This document shows positions 19,331 to 29,295 of a DNA stretch of 64,000 nucleotides, in pieces; within the stretch, counting starts at the first letter, position 1; each line of letters begins with the position of its first letter. The position numbers and the translations under genes are program-made. The DNA comes from an uncultured Verrucomicrobiae bacterium (GTDB lineage Bacteria > Verrucomicrobiota > Verrucomicrobiia > Chthoniobacterales > Chthoniobacteraceae). The stretch is from NCBI GenBank assembly GCA_963836755.1, contig CAWIKF010000002.1, positions 1,952,001 through 2,016,000 of the forward strand. The letters run 5' to 3'. The notes below the pieces were generated by a model. That model saw only the letters and a program-made list of their open reading frames with translations, searched no databases and had not been told where the DNA came from.

Positions 19331-20005
19331 TTATCTGATGGTCGGGGACGTGCGGATGCCGTAGCCGTGCGGGTCGGGCGTGAGCGCCTCATAGATGCGC
19401 TCGGCCGCGTTGCGATAATCAAAGGGCGGCGCGTAGCCGAGGCCGGGCGCAGTGACGGAGCCGAATTTGCCGGTCTCGCGGCTGCCGCCGGCAACATCGA
19501 ATTCATAAATAATCGCGCCGTGCGTGGTCTGGACGGCTTCGGAAACTGCGTTGCCATCCTTGTCTTTGCCGTCGGTGAGGACGCCGCGCGTTTCGAGATC
19601 GATGACGCGGACGTGGATGATGACTTTTGACGACCCGACGCCAAAAACATTGCCGGGAAGCGAGCGCTCAGTTGGGCTGCCGGCGTCGACGCGATCAATG
19701 TCGCCCTCGACCAGCCAGCCGGTGCGCGGCCTTTCGTCATCTTTCAAAACCATCGCCGGAGCGATTTGCTCGAGCTGTTCCTTCAAAATTTCCGCAAATT
19801 CCGCGGGCGCCAGCGAGCGGCGGATCGCGCGTTCACCGATGCTGTGATGGCTGCCGCGGAAATCGGTGTGGCTGACATCGAAGGGGCGGATGTAAATGGA
19901 GCGCGGGTTCGTTGCGCCGGTGGCAACGTCAGTGTGTGTGACTTTGACGCCGGCGCACGAGGCCAGGAGGAATGCCGAGCAGATCGCTAAAAGGTGATGT
20001 TTCAT
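19331..20005 (-). CDS. Lipoprotein, DUF4410-like
   Basis: Lipobox LLAS-C; IYIRPFD, VEGDIDRVDAGS..R; ATG at 20005. Confidence 0.7.
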   Translation of the reverse strand: MKHHLLAICSAFLLASCAGVKVTHTDVATGATNPRSIYIRPFDVSHTDFRGSHHSIGERAIRRSLAPAEFAEILKEQLEQIAPAMVLKDDERPRTGWLVEGDIDRVDAGSPTERSLPGNVFGVGSSKVIIHVRVIDLETRGVLTDGKDKDGNAVSEAVQTTHGAIIYEFDVAGGSRETGKFGSVTAPGLGYAPPFDYRNAAERIYEALTPDPHGYGIRTSPTIR

Positions 20006-20081
20006 ACGCAGTTCCGGCATGAGAGTGCAGGAAGCGTGCCGGGAGGTTTTGAATTTTGATTTTGAACGGAGCCTCCGCGAG

Positions 20082-20534
20082 TTAGTCGGAAATTTCCAGC
20101 CGCGGCGCGTGGTTAGGGTGCCAAGGATTTCGCTGAAAATCACTTGCCGCGATTTCCTCCGCATGCTGCGCGCAAAGCTCGCAAAGCGCGGCGACATCAA
20201 AGCTGAGATGGTGCGGGCGATACGCGTCAAGGTTCCGCGCAGCCAGCAAAAAAAGCCGCGCGGCGGGCCTGAGCCGGCGCCCATCTTTCGCATGCGATGG
20301 CCGCAGGAATTGCTTTTGCAAATGAACGAACGCGCCCGCAGCCTGGATGAGGCCTTTATAATAAGCGTAATTTTCGTCGCGGCCTTGAAGCCAGAGATGC
20401 TCGAGCACGTCATGCGCTTCGTAATAGCGCTGCTCGTTGAAGCATTGAAAAAAGCCGGTGTAGCACGGGTCGAGCGCAGGGTGCGCCGCGCCGAGCTGCT
20501 CCACGAATGCCGTCATGCGATCCGCTTTTTTCAT
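20082..20534 (-). CDS. DUF309 family protein
   Basis: FNEQRYYEAHDVLEHLW...YKGLIQAA. Confidence 0.85.
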   Translation of the reverse strand: MKKADRMTAFVEQLGAAHPALDPCYTGFFQCFNEQRYYEAHDVLEHLWLQGRDENYAYYKGLIQAAGAFVHLQKQFLRPSHAKDGRRLRPAARLFLLAARNLDAYRPHHLSFDVAALCELCAQHAEEIAASDFQRNPWHPNHAPRLEISD

Positions 20535-20553
20535 CGCCGCTTGTCTCGGCCGA

Positions 20554-20581
20554 CAAATCGCAAATTGCAAATCGCAAATCG
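20554..20581 (+). repeat. 4x heptamer tandem repeat CAAAT(C/T)G
   Basis: caaatcg caaattg caaatcg caaatcg in a divergent intergenic gap. Confidence 0.85.
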
Positions 20582-20603
20582 GAAACGATAATCGGCGAGC
20601 TTC

Positions 20604-21851
20604 ATGTCCGCAGGGGCGCTCGTTGTCATTCTCATCGTGCTCGCGGCTGTCTCGGCGCTTTTTTCGGCGATCGAAACGGCCATGTTTTCGCTGCAGGCCT
20701 ATCAAATCCAGCGGCTGCACCAGCGCAACCCGCACCTCGCCCAGGCGCTCAATCGGCTCATGGAAAATCCGCGCCGGCTCCTGAGCGCGATCCTGCTCGG
20801 CGATGCGTTCGCGAATCTCCCACTGATCGCGCTCTCGATTTTTTTGATCCGCGAAAAACTTTCGCACGCCGTTCCATTCTGGCTGGCGGCGCTCGTGATC
20901 TTTGCGCTCATCGTGCTCGTGTGCGATCTCGGGCCAAAGATGCTCGCTCTCGCGCAGCCGTATCGCGTTTCAAAAATCGGCGTCCTCGTGATGCAGCTCG
21001 TGATGCCGCTTTTCGACCCGCTCGCGCGGCTGCTCCAGCGCCTGAGCGAGACGGTTGCGAATGCGCTGGCGACGCCGCGTTTGACGCCGAATCAACATTT
21101 GAGCGAGGAGGAGCTCGAAACGCTCGTGCAGCTGAGCACCGAGGACGGCGAACTCGCGGCCGAGGAAAGCGAGATGATTCAGGAAATCATCAAGCTCGGC
21201 GACAAAACCGTGAAAGACTGCATGACGCCGCGCGTTGATGCGTTCACGCTGCCGGACGATTTGACCAACGAGGAGGCGATCGCGCAGCTGAAATTGAAAC
21301 GCCATCGGCGCGTGCCGGTCTACGCGGAAACGCCCGACGACATCCTCGGCATCATCGACGTGCCCGCATTCCTGCTCGATCCGCGCGAACACTACACCGC
21401 CACGATGATCGCGCCGTCCTTCGTGCCGGAGACAATGAAAGCGCTCGATTTGCTCCGCGGTTTTTTGCGGCTTCCGCAAGGCCTCGCAGTCATCGTCGAT
21501 GAGTTCGGCGGCACCGAAGGAATCGTCACGCTCAGCGACATCATCGAGGAAATCATCAGCGACGCTGTGCCGGCCGCCGACCAGGCGCTCTACATCGAGG
21601 CCGCTGGCGATGGACGCGTCATCGCCAGCGGCCGCACGCGACTCGACGATCTCGAGGAGCTGGGATTCACATTTTCCGCCGACGGCGTCGATACAATCGG
21701 CGGCCTCATTTTCAACCGTCTCGGTTTTCTGCCAAAAGCCGGCGCGACTTTGCGCATCGGCGATTGCGATCTCAACGTCCGGCGCAGCTCGCGCAAAGGC
21801 GTCGAGGAAGTTTTGATTACGCGCGAAAAAGTTTCGGAGGATGCCGCATGA
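20604..21851 (+). CDS. Hemolysin/CNNM family protein (CNNM + CBS pair + CorC domain)
   Basis: FSAIETA, MTPRVD, VDEFGGTEGIVT, DTIGG. Confidence 0.92.
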   Translation: MSAGALVVILIVLAAVSALFSAIETAMFSLQAYQIQRLHQRNPHLAQALNRLMENPRRLLSAILLGDAFANLPLIALSIFLIREKLSHAVPFWLAALVIFALIVLVCDLGPKMLALAQPYRVSKIGVLVMQLVMPLFDPLARLLQRLSETVANALATPRLTPNQHLSEEELETLVQLSTEDGELAAEESEMIQEIIKLGDKTVKDCMTPRVDAFTLPDDLTNEEAIAQLKLKRHRRVPVYAETPDDILGIIDVPAFLLDPREHYTATMIAPSFVPETMKALDLLRGFLRLPQGLAVIVDEFGGTEGIVTLSDIIEEIISDAVPAADQALYIEAAGDGRVIASGRTRLDDLEELGFTFSADGVDTIGGLIFNRLGFLPKAGATLRIGDCDLNVRRSSRKGVEEVLITREKVSEDAA

Positions 21852-22801
21852 CATGGTTCGCGATCGCAGGTTGCCTGATGATTTCGTTTATTTTTTCCGG
21901 CATCGAAGCGGGAATTTTGTCCCTCAATCGCGTCCGTCTGCGGCATCGTTTGAAAATCAAGGATCCCGCCGCGATCAAGCTGCAGCGCCTGCTCGCGCAA
22001 CCGGAGCGACTGTTCGTGACGGTGTTGCTCGTCACCAATTTCATGAACATCTGCGCGCTGATTCTTGCCGCGCAAGAGTTCGTTCGGCGCTTTGGAAATA
22101 TCGGCTACGTCATGGCCGCCGCGGTGGCGCTGCCGATTTATTTGCTCGGCCTCGAGCTGCTGCCGAAATCTCTTTTTCGCCGCTTCCCGTATCGCGCGCT
22201 CGCCGCGCTTTCGGAGCCGCTGCGTCTCATCGATTTGCTACTTTCACCGCTTTTCGCGGTCGTCTGGTGGCTCGTGAAACCTCTCGTTGCGCAAAAAAGC
22301 GAACAGCCGAAAAAACTTTTCGTCGCGCGCGAGGATTTCAAATATTTCACGATCGAAAGCGAACGACAGGGAACGCTGACCAAAGTTGAGCGCCAGATGA
22401 TTCACAACGTCGTCGACTTCCGTAAAATTCGCGCGAAGGAAGTGATGGTGCCAATGGAAAAAGTGCGCGCCGTCAGCTCCGACGCGACGACTGCGCAGGT
22501 GCTGCAAATCTTTCGCGAAACAAAAGTGGATCGGCTTCCCGTCGTTTCCGCGTCAGGCGAAATCACAGGGCTCGTCAATGTTTTCGAGGTGCTCGTCGAG
22601 CCGTTGCAAAGCGAAAAAGTCAGCGCGTATCAACGCCGCATCGTGACCGCCGGCGAAAACGAAGAGGCATATCACGTGATCCGAAAGTTGCGTGCAGCGC
22701 GCAGCACCCTCGCGGCTGTCGTCGACGCATCTGCCAAGCCGCTCGGCATCGTGAGCTCGGAAGATTTACTCAACCGCCTGGTCAACACCGCGGTAGCGTA
22801 A
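21848..22801 (+). CDS. CNNM/CBS domain membrane protein
   Basis: FSGIEAG, ELLPK and a CBS pair; paralog of the upstream gene. Confidence 0.88.
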   Translation: MTWFAIAGCLMISFIFSGIEAGILSLNRVRLRHRLKIKDPAAIKLQRLLAQPERLFVTVLLVTNFMNICALILAAQEFVRRFGNIGYVMAAAVALPIYLLGLELLPKSLFRRFPYRALAALSEPLRLIDLLLSPLFAVVWWLVKPLVAQKSEQPKKLFVAREDFKYFTIESERQGTLTKVERQMIHNVVDFRKIRAKEVMVPMEKVRAVSSDATTAQVLQIFRETKVDRLPVVSASGEITGLVNVFEVLVEPLQSEKVSAYQRRIVTAGENEEAYHVIRKLRAARSTLAAVVDASAKPLGIVSSEDLLNRLVNTAVA

Positions 22802-22804
22802 ACT

Positions 22805-24394
22805 TTATTCCCACTCAATCGTCGCCGGCGGTTTGCTTGAGATATCGTAGCAAACACGGTTCACACCTTTGACTTCATTGATGATGCGGCTGGAAATTTT
22901 GCCGAGCAATTCATACGGAAGCCGCACCCAATCCGCCGTCATCCCGTCCTGACTTTCCACGATGCGCAGCGCGATCGTATTTTCATAAGTCCGCTCGTCG
23001 CCCATCACGCCGACACTGCGCACGGGCAGCAGCACCGCAAAGCTTTGCCAGACGCGATAATACCAGTCGCTCGCCTTCATCTCGCTCACGACGATTGCGT
23101 CTGCGTCGCGCAAAATGCGAAGCCGCTCGCGCGTGATCTCGCCCAAAATTCGCACCGCGAGACCCGGCCCCGGAAACGGCTGGCGATGGACGATTTCGTT
23201 CGGCAGGCCAAGCTGTATGCCGACCTGGCGCACTTCGTCTTTGAAAAGCTGGCGCAGCGGCTCAACGAGTTTCAGCTTCATCCGCTTCGGCAAACCGCCG
23301 ACGTTGTGATGCGATTTGATGAGTGCCGCGGGATTGCCGGAGATCGAGACACTTTCGATCACGTCGGGATACAGCGTGCCCTGAGCCAAGAATTTAAACT
23401 TCGCTTTTTTATTTTTGGAAAGCGAGACGACGGCGTCGTCGAAAACGCGGATGAATTCGTTGCCGATGATTTTTCGTTTTCGTTCCGGATCGGTCACTCC
23501 TTTTAGCTTTGTTAAGAAACGTGTGGAGGCATCGATGTATTTTAACTTCACGCGGAAATTTTCGCCGAAAACCCGCTGGACAACCTCCGCTTCCTTCGAG
23601 CGCAGCAGTCCATTGTTCACGAAGATGCAGGTGAGATTGTCGCCGATTGCCTTGTGCAAAAGTGCCGCGGCCACGCTCGAATCGACGCCGCCGCTGAGCC
23701 CGAGCACGACGTGATCGTCGCCCACCAGCGCACGCACTTCCGCGCATGTTTGCTCAATGAACGAACCCATCGTCCAATCCATTTTGCAGCCGCAGATTTG
23801 AAACACGAAATTCTGGAGGATTTCCTTTCCGCGCGGCGTGTGCGCGACCTCAGGATGAAACTGCAGGCCGTAAAACTTCCGTTTAAAGTCCGCAATCGCC
23901 GCGAAGGGCGAGTTGTCAGTCTTCGCGATGGCTGCGAAACCGCGCGGAAGTTTCGTGAGCTTGTCGCCATGCGAGTTCCAGACCTCGATGGTGGCGGGCA
24001 GGCCGTGGAAAAGTTCGCCGCCGTGCGCATCTTTTTGCCCATTTAAATGAAGTGTGCCGGCGCCGTATTCGCGTCGCTCGGAGTGCTCAACTTTGCCGCC
24101 AAGATGAAAACCCATCAGCTGCATGCCGTAGCAAATTCCCAGCACGGGCAGGCCGAGCTTGAAAATATCGCGATCGATCTGCGGCACATTTTTTCCATAA
24201 ACGCTGGCCGGTCCGCCCGACAGAATGATTCCGCTAGCGCCGAGTTTCTTGAGCTCCCGCGCGGGCAGATCGAAACGGACGATCTGCGAAAAAACCTGGC
24301 ACTCGCGGACGCGGCGCGCGATGACCTGCGTGTATTGCGAGCCGAAGTCGAGGATCGCGATTTTTGCCCCGTGGAATGCGTCTGCTTGTGCCAT
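22805..24394 (-). CDS. guaA: GMP synthase (glutamine-hydrolysing)
   Basis: [37 protein letters not shown]. Confidence 0.97.
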   Translation of the reverse strand: MAQADAFHGAKIAILDFGSQYTQVIARRVRECQVFSQIVRFDLPARELKKLGASGIILSGGPASVYGKNVPQIDRDIFKLGLPVLGICYGMQLMGFHLGGKVEHSERREYGAGTLHLNGQKDAHGGELFHGLPATIEVWNSHGDKLTKLPRGFAAIAKTDNSPFAAIADFKRKFYGLQFHPEVAHTPRGKEILQNFVFQICGCKMDWTMGSFIEQTCAEVRALVGDDHVVLGLSGGVDSSVAAALLHKAIGDNLTCIFVNNGLLRSKEAEVVQRVFGENFRVKLKYIDASTRFLTKLKGVTDPERKRKIIGNEFIRVFDDAVVSLSKNKKAKFKFLAQGTLYPDVIESVSISGNPAALIKSHHNVGGLPKRMKLKLVEPLRQLFKDEVRQVGIQLGLPNEIVHRQPFPGPGLAVRILGEITRERLRILRDADAIVVSEMKASDWYYRVWQSFAVLLPVRSVGVMGDERTYENTIALRIVESQDGMTADWVRLPYELLGKISSRIINEVKGVNRVCYDISSKPPATIEWE

Positions 24395-24441
24395 GAAATG
24401 TGTTGGCAAAAAGCGCACATCCCGCGCAACGAAAATCGGCC

Positions 24442-24515
24442 TGCGCCCGGCGGGGGTCGAACCCACAACCTTCGGCTTCGGAGGCCGACGCTCTATCCAG
24501 TTGAGCTACGGACGC
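24442..24515 (-). tRNA. tRNA-Arg (CCG)
   Basis: Cloverleaf GCGTCCG...TCGGC CT CCG AA GCCGA...TTCGACC...CGGGCGCA; CCA not encoded. Confidence 0.95.
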
Positions 24516-24620
24516 GTGAGTGGCGCATGCTACCGGCGCGCGCGGTGCAGCGCAAGGGCCCGAATGCAGAATTTGGCTGGCATTGACGCGGCCGCAATGG
24601 CGAGGCTTACTAAAGGTGCG

Positions 24621-24935
24621 ATGAAAACGTTGTTAATCGTTCTGTTCGCGGCCGGTTGCGCCGTGCTTTGGTCACAATTGCAAAACAAAACCAAAGAGCT
24701 CGCGGATACAAACGAGTCGCTTGCAACAGCACAAGCTTTGCTCCAGCAGACGCAGGTTGCGTTGAAAAAAACGCAGGACCAATTGAAGAACCTTATCGCC
24801 GCTTCCGCGAGGACTGGAGCCGCGGGACAAGTCGCGCAGCCTGGTTCAACCGCCACGCCGGTGCCCGGCTGGTTCCAGGAGAGGATGCAGGAAAATGAGC
24901 CGACGTTAAAAAGCATGGCGCCGAAAAAACTTTGA
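24621..24935 (+). CDS. Small membrane-anchored coiled-coil protein
   Basis: MKTLLIVLFAAGCAVLW followed by a Q/L/A-rich coiled coil; AAAGG upstream. Confidence 0.65.
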   Translation: MKTLLIVLFAAGCAVLWSQLQNKTKELADTNESLATAQALLQQTQVALKKTQDQLKNLIAASARTGAAGQVAQPGSTATPVPGWFQERMQENEPTLKSMAPKKL

Positions 24936-24945
24936 CGCCAAGCAT

Positions 24946-25791
24946 TCACGCCTTGCCGCCGCTCGTGTGAACGTCGCGCACCGATTCGCTTTCGTCGCCG
25001 TCAAACTCCCACAGCAGCCAGTCGTCATTTTGCACGTAACGCTTTTGCTTGTTGTCCCATCGCTGCGGCAATTGGCGTGAAAGTTTTTCCAAAAACGGCA
25101 GCAAAGGATTTTGCGGAACGTGACGCTGCTCGAGCGCATCCATTGGGCTCGCCGGCCAATGAAAACGGCTGGCGTATGCGCTGAAGCCGAAGCCGTCGAA
25201 AAAATTGTCGCCGCCGACCAGCGGCATATACCAGAGGCTCGGGATGCCGCGCGGGTTTGATTTGATCGGCACCTCTGCGGCCAACTGATCGAGGAGTGCG
25301 AGCGCATTTTCATCTGCTTGCAGATGTGCGCGCAATTGCTCCATCGCCGGAAAAATCACCGGCGGGCTGACGAAGAGCACCGGCTTCCACTGCAGCCGTG
25401 AGAGGACGATCTCGTGCACGGTGCCGACGCTGTAAATATTCGTCGGCACGAATGCGATGGTGAAATCGCTTGTGTCAACCATGCGCAAATCGATGTGCAA
25501 AGTTTCCCAAAATTTCTCTGCGCATGCCGCTCGCGTTTCGTCGCCCGACTGGCCCTGCTCAAAAGTCCAGTGCTCGCGAACGTCAATCGTATGCACATCC
25601 TCGAGGCCGTATTCCTGGAGACCGCGCACCGACGGTTTGAACCACGGATCAAACACAACCGCGCCGAACGAGCGCAGAAAATCGCCCACACGATTGCGCC
25701 AGCCGAATTTTTTCTCGTCGGAGCGCGACGCCACGAAATCCATCGGCCCGGAGAGGTAAACGCGAGCGCCGCGCAGGAAGTTTTGACTCAT
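24946..25791 (-). CDS. Nucleoside 2-deoxyribosyltransferase-like protein
   Basis: VYLSGPM...WR...FDP...DLRMVDTSD...SVGTVHE pattern. Confidence 0.65.
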   Translation of the reverse strand: MSQNFLRGARVYLSGPMDFVASRSDEKKFGWRNRVGDFLRSFGAVVFDPWFKPSVRGLQEYGLEDVHTIDVREHWTFEQGQSGDETRAACAEKFWETLHIDLRMVDTSDFTIAFVPTNIYSVGTVHEIVLSRLQWKPVLFVSPPVIFPAMEQLRAHLQADENALALLDQLAAEVPIKSNPRGIPSLWYMPLVGGDNFFDGFGFSAYASRFHWPASPMDALEQRHVPQNPLLPFLEKLSRQLPQRWDNKQKRYVQNDDWLLWEFDGDESESVRDVHTSGGKA

Positions 25792-25821
25792 GCGCGAGTT
25801 AACGCGAAGCGCGGAAAAATT

Positions 25822-26811
25822 TCAAAGCGGACGAATCGAAACTGGCCGCTGTGCTTTCGAATCCTGCGGCATCAGCGCCGCCACGCGCTCCATCGACTGA
25901 CGCGCGTTCTGCACAAACGTGTTGTTCTCTCCAAACTTTGCCCACGGTCCCTGCGGCACTTCGTCGAAGTCGACGAATTTCCAATCCGTCACGTCCGTTC
26001 CGTTCATGCCCAGATAATCGCGGACAGCCGGCGAAACATCGAGGCCCGCGCCCTGATTCAGATTCGGCTTCGGACGTTCGCTGCCGAAAACATACTCGAC
26101 GTGATCGGTGCGGAAAGGCCCGGCATCTTCCCACTGCGCGTAGCAGACTTTGTTTCCAAAGCGAATCGCGATCCACCGGTCTTTGCAAACCGACTTGTCC
26201 GGCCCTTTATAATCTTTTTGAAACCAGGGAATCTTTTTCGATGCCTCGGCTTTGTGAGCGCCGTGCTCCATATCATTATAGGGAAGCGCGATGTAGAAAG
26301 GATTCTGCGCCGGCGTAAATGCCGCAGGCGTAAAGTCGCTCGTGCGGTTCGCCATTTTCGGTTCGTCGGTGCCGCCATAATTTTTCGCCCATTTCGGATC
26401 CCACGAACTCGCCTGGTTGGGCACCGGATTATTTTTTGACGGATTTTCGCCAACCCAAAATGTCGTAGTCACGATCTGCCGCTTCCACGGATAACGCGTG
26501 TTCATGTCTTCCGCCGATAACGGCACCGTCGTCTTGTTGAGGACGCTGCTCGGCACGCTCGATTCCGCAGCGTTCATGATCGAGCGATTGAGTTTCAAAG
26601 GCGCCGCGTCATCCTTTGTCGGAGGAGGATCCAGCGACGCATCGCCGGCCGTAAGGCCCGAGCCGTTGTGCCGATGCGATTTGCTAAACTCGCTTTCGCT
26701 GCCTTTCTTGGCTTTTTTTTGCACTTCCGGCTTGGCCTGACCGTGCGAAATCATCGCGGCAAGCGACGAAAAAATAATCGCGACGACGTGGAGGAATCGT
26801 TTCGGAATCAT
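25822..26811 (-). CDS. Secreted conserved protein, possible double-psi beta-barrel (RlpA-like) domain
   Basis: Signal peptide; YIALPY...WEDAGPF...GLDVSPAV; start could be 26844. Confidence 0.6.
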   Translation of the reverse strand: MIPKRFLHVVAIIFSSLAAMISHGQAKPEVQKKAKKGSESEFSKSHRHNGSGLTAGDASLDPPPTKDDAAPLKLNRSIMNAAESSVPSSVLNKTTVPLSAEDMNTRYPWKRQIVTTTFWVGENPSKNNPVPNQASSWDPKWAKNYGGTDEPKMANRTSDFTPAAFTPAQNPFYIALPYNDMEHGAHKAEASKKIPWFQKDYKGPDKSVCKDRWIAIRFGNKVCYAQWEDAGPFRTDHVEYVFGSERPKPNLNQGAGLDVSPAVRDYLGMNGTDVTDWKFVDFDEVPQGPWAKFGENNTFVQNARQSMERVAALMPQDSKAQRPVSIRPL

Positions 26812-26929
26812 AATTTTTCTCCTCTGCGGCGCCCTTGTCTCCATCTAGCCGCCAACTAATATTCGCTTCAGGCGCGCGTTATGCGCCCTTCCGCGTCAAT
26901 TTTCAGCGGCTTTGTGCCACAACCTTTGA

Positions 26930-28324
26930 CTATGCCGCAGCTGCCGGTTTTCGCAAGGCTTGACGCAAAAAGTTCGCGCCCAAATCCCACATCGGCCCCG
27001 GAAATTTTCGGCAGTCGTTCATCACCGCGTCGAGTGCATCCACAAATAACCCGACTTCTTTTTCGCCAATCATCAACGGCGGCAAAATTTTGATCACGTC
27101 GAGCCCGTGCGCGGCCACCTGCGACAGGATCCGGTGCTTGTTCAACAAAGCGGTAACCACCATTTGGGCGAACAACTCGGACTCGATCTTGTGCAAAATT
27201 TTCCATCCCGCCCGCAGCGCCAACTCGCGCGGCTCGTGGAATTCGACCGCGATGATCAAACCCTTTCCGCGGACTTCCTTGATGAAAGAATGTTTCGCCT
27301 TCAGCGCCTCGAGCCGCTGCACGAGCAGTGCACCCATTCGCGCCGCGTTTTCCACCAGCTTTTCCTCCTCGATCACCTGCAGCGTCGCGAGCCCGCATGC
27401 CATCGCGAGATTGTTGCGACCAAAGGTCGAGGAATGCACGACGCAGCGGTCGAGCCGGCTGAAAGTTTTCTGGTAAATGGCGCGCCGCATCACAATTGCG
27501 CCGACCGGCACGTAGCCGCCGCTCAGCGATTTCGCAATCGTGATGATGTCCGGCTCGAGATCGTAATTTTCAAAACCCCACCAGCGGCCGGTGCGGCCGA
27601 GCCCGGTCTGCACCTCGTCGCAAATCAGCAGCGAGCCATGCTTGCGGCAAAGATGCTGCGCCTCGCGAAAAAAGTCGTCCCGCGGAAACTGCACCCCTTT
27701 TCCTTGCACCGCTTCGATCACGACTGCCGCGTGACGGCCCGTTGCAAGCTCTGCCTGGAGCGTCGAAAGATCGCCGGTCTTTAGCCGCGTGCAGTCTTCG
27801 AGAAACGGTCCGAATCCCTCGCGAAACGAATCGTTTCCCATCAGCGAAAGCGCGCCCATGCTCAACCCGTGAAACGCGCCGCTGAGCGAAATGAATCCGG
27901 CTCTGCCAGTCGCGGCGCGCGCAAACTTTAACGCGCCTTCCAACGCCTCAGCACCGGAATTGCAGAAAAAGACCGCGTCCAGATGGGCCGGAAGCCGCTT
28001 CAGCAAAGCCTCCGCGAGCAATCCGCTCAACAGCGAGCAATCCATTTGAACCATGTTCGGCAAGTCCAGATCGAGCGCGTCGCGCAGCGCCTTCTTCACC
28101 GCCGGATGGTTACGACCGATGTTGAACACGCTGTAACCGCTCAGAAAATCGAGATAAGCGTTTCCGTCGAGATCGTAAAGATAGGCGCCCTGCGCATTCG
28201 CGTAAATTTTGTCAAAACCGATCATCCGCTGCACCTGCACGAGCGTGCGATTGATGTGACGTTCGTGCAGATCGTAATTCTCGCCGAGGCGTTCGGCCAC
28301 GAGCTGTTTGAGGTCGAGCGGCAT
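26930..28324 (-). CDS. hpnO: Class III aminotransferase, HpnO-like (aminobacteriohopanetriol synthase)
   Basis: DEVQTGLGRTG, AKSLSGG; LPNMVQMD, MD/LDRCVVHSSTF and PGPMWDLG segments recalled as typical of HpnO. Confidence 0.75.
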   Translation of the reverse strand: MPLDLKQLVAERLGENYDLHERHINRTLVQVQRMIGFDKIYANAQGAYLYDLDGNAYLDFLSGYSVFNIGRNHPAVKKALRDALDLDLPNMVQMDCSLLSGLLAEALLKRLPAHLDAVFFCNSGAEALEGALKFARAATGRAGFISLSGAFHGLSMGALSLMGNDSFREGFGPFLEDCTRLKTGDLSTLQAELATGRHAAVVIEAVQGKGVQFPRDDFFREAQHLCRKHGSLLICDEVQTGLGRTGRWWGFENYDLEPDIITIAKSLSGGYVPVGAIVMRRAIYQKTFSRLDRCVVHSSTFGRNNLAMACGLATLQVIEEEKLVENAARMGALLVQRLEALKAKHSFIKEVRGKGLIIAVEFHEPRELALRAGWKILHKIESELFAQMVVTALLNKHRILSQVAAHGLDVIKILPPLMIGEKEVGLFVDALDAVMNDCRKFPGPMWDLGANFLRQALRKPAAAA

Positions 28325-28336
28325 AAGTCGCGGAAT

Positions 28337-29287
28337 CTAAATTGCGCTCGATGAGGGGTCAACCGCCAGCGCCTCGCGCGCCGCGATCGCATCCCGCGCG
28401 ATCTGCGCTTTCAGCTCATCCAGCCCGGCAAATTTTTGTTCCGGCCGGAGGAATTTTCGAAAAAAAATCTCCACTTCATCACCATAAATATCTTCGTGAA
28501 AATCGAAGAGGTGAAGCTCCAGCAGCCGCTTCCCAGCTGATTCCGCGACTGTCGGCCGAACGCCGATATTCGCCACGCCGCGGAGCACGCGCGCGCGGTG
28601 GCGCGCCTCGACCGCATAGACGCCGTCGGGCGGAAATTGTTCGTTATGCGCGGAGAGATTCGCGGTTGGGAAGCCGAGTGTGCGACCGATTCCATCACCT
28701 TTGACGACGGTGCCCAGAATGGAATACTCGCGGCCCAAAAACTTCGCCGCGCGCGCAAAATCGCCGTTTTCGATCGCGCTGCGGATCAAAGTGCTGCTGA
28801 CAATTTCCTCGCCGGCTCGCACTGCAGCGACGCCGACTTCATCGAAACCGAGTTTGCCGCCGAGGCGCTTCAAAAGCGCCAAATCTCCCGAACGGCTTTT
28901 GCCGAAACACCATTCGTAGCCGACGCAAATTTCCCGCAACGGATGACAGGCGTCATGCAGCTGTTCAACAAACTGATCAGGCTCCATGTCGGCAAAGTTT
29001 GGCGTAAAGTTGATCACGAGCGCGTGCTCGATCCCGAGCAACGCGATCAACTGCAACTTGTGTTGCGTGGCTGTCAGCAATCGCGGCGCGTTCTCCGGAC
29101 GCAGGACGCGCGCAGGATGCGGATCAAAGGTGACGGCGACCGCCGTGCCGCCATGTTTCTGAGCATCCGCGGCGGCCCGGCCGATCACGGCCTGGTGCCC
29201 GAGATGCACGCCATCGAACACGCCGATCGCCAGGAAAATCGGCCCGGGAATGTCCGCAAGTTCCGGAATGGAATGCAGAACTCTCAT
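28337..29287 (-). CDS. ribF: Riboflavin kinase/FAD synthetase
   Basis: GVFDGVHLGH, VSSTLIR, LGFPTAN, NIGVRPT. Confidence 0.96.
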   Translation of the reverse strand: MRVLHSIPELADIPGPIFLAIGVFDGVHLGHQAVIGRAAADAQKHGGTAVAVTFDPHPARVLRPENAPRLLTATQHKLQLIALLGIEHALVINFTPNFADMEPDQFVEQLHDACHPLREICVGYEWCFGKSRSGDLALLKRLGGKLGFDEVGVAAVRAGEEIVSSTLIRSAIENGDFARAAKFLGREYSILGTVVKGDGIGRTLGFPTANLSAHNEQFPPDGVYAVEARHRARVLRGVANIGVRPTVAESAGKRLLELHLFDFHEDIYGDEVEIFFRKFLRPEQKFAGLDELKAQIARDAIAAREALAVDPSSSAI

Positions 29288-29295
29288 TGAGGGCG

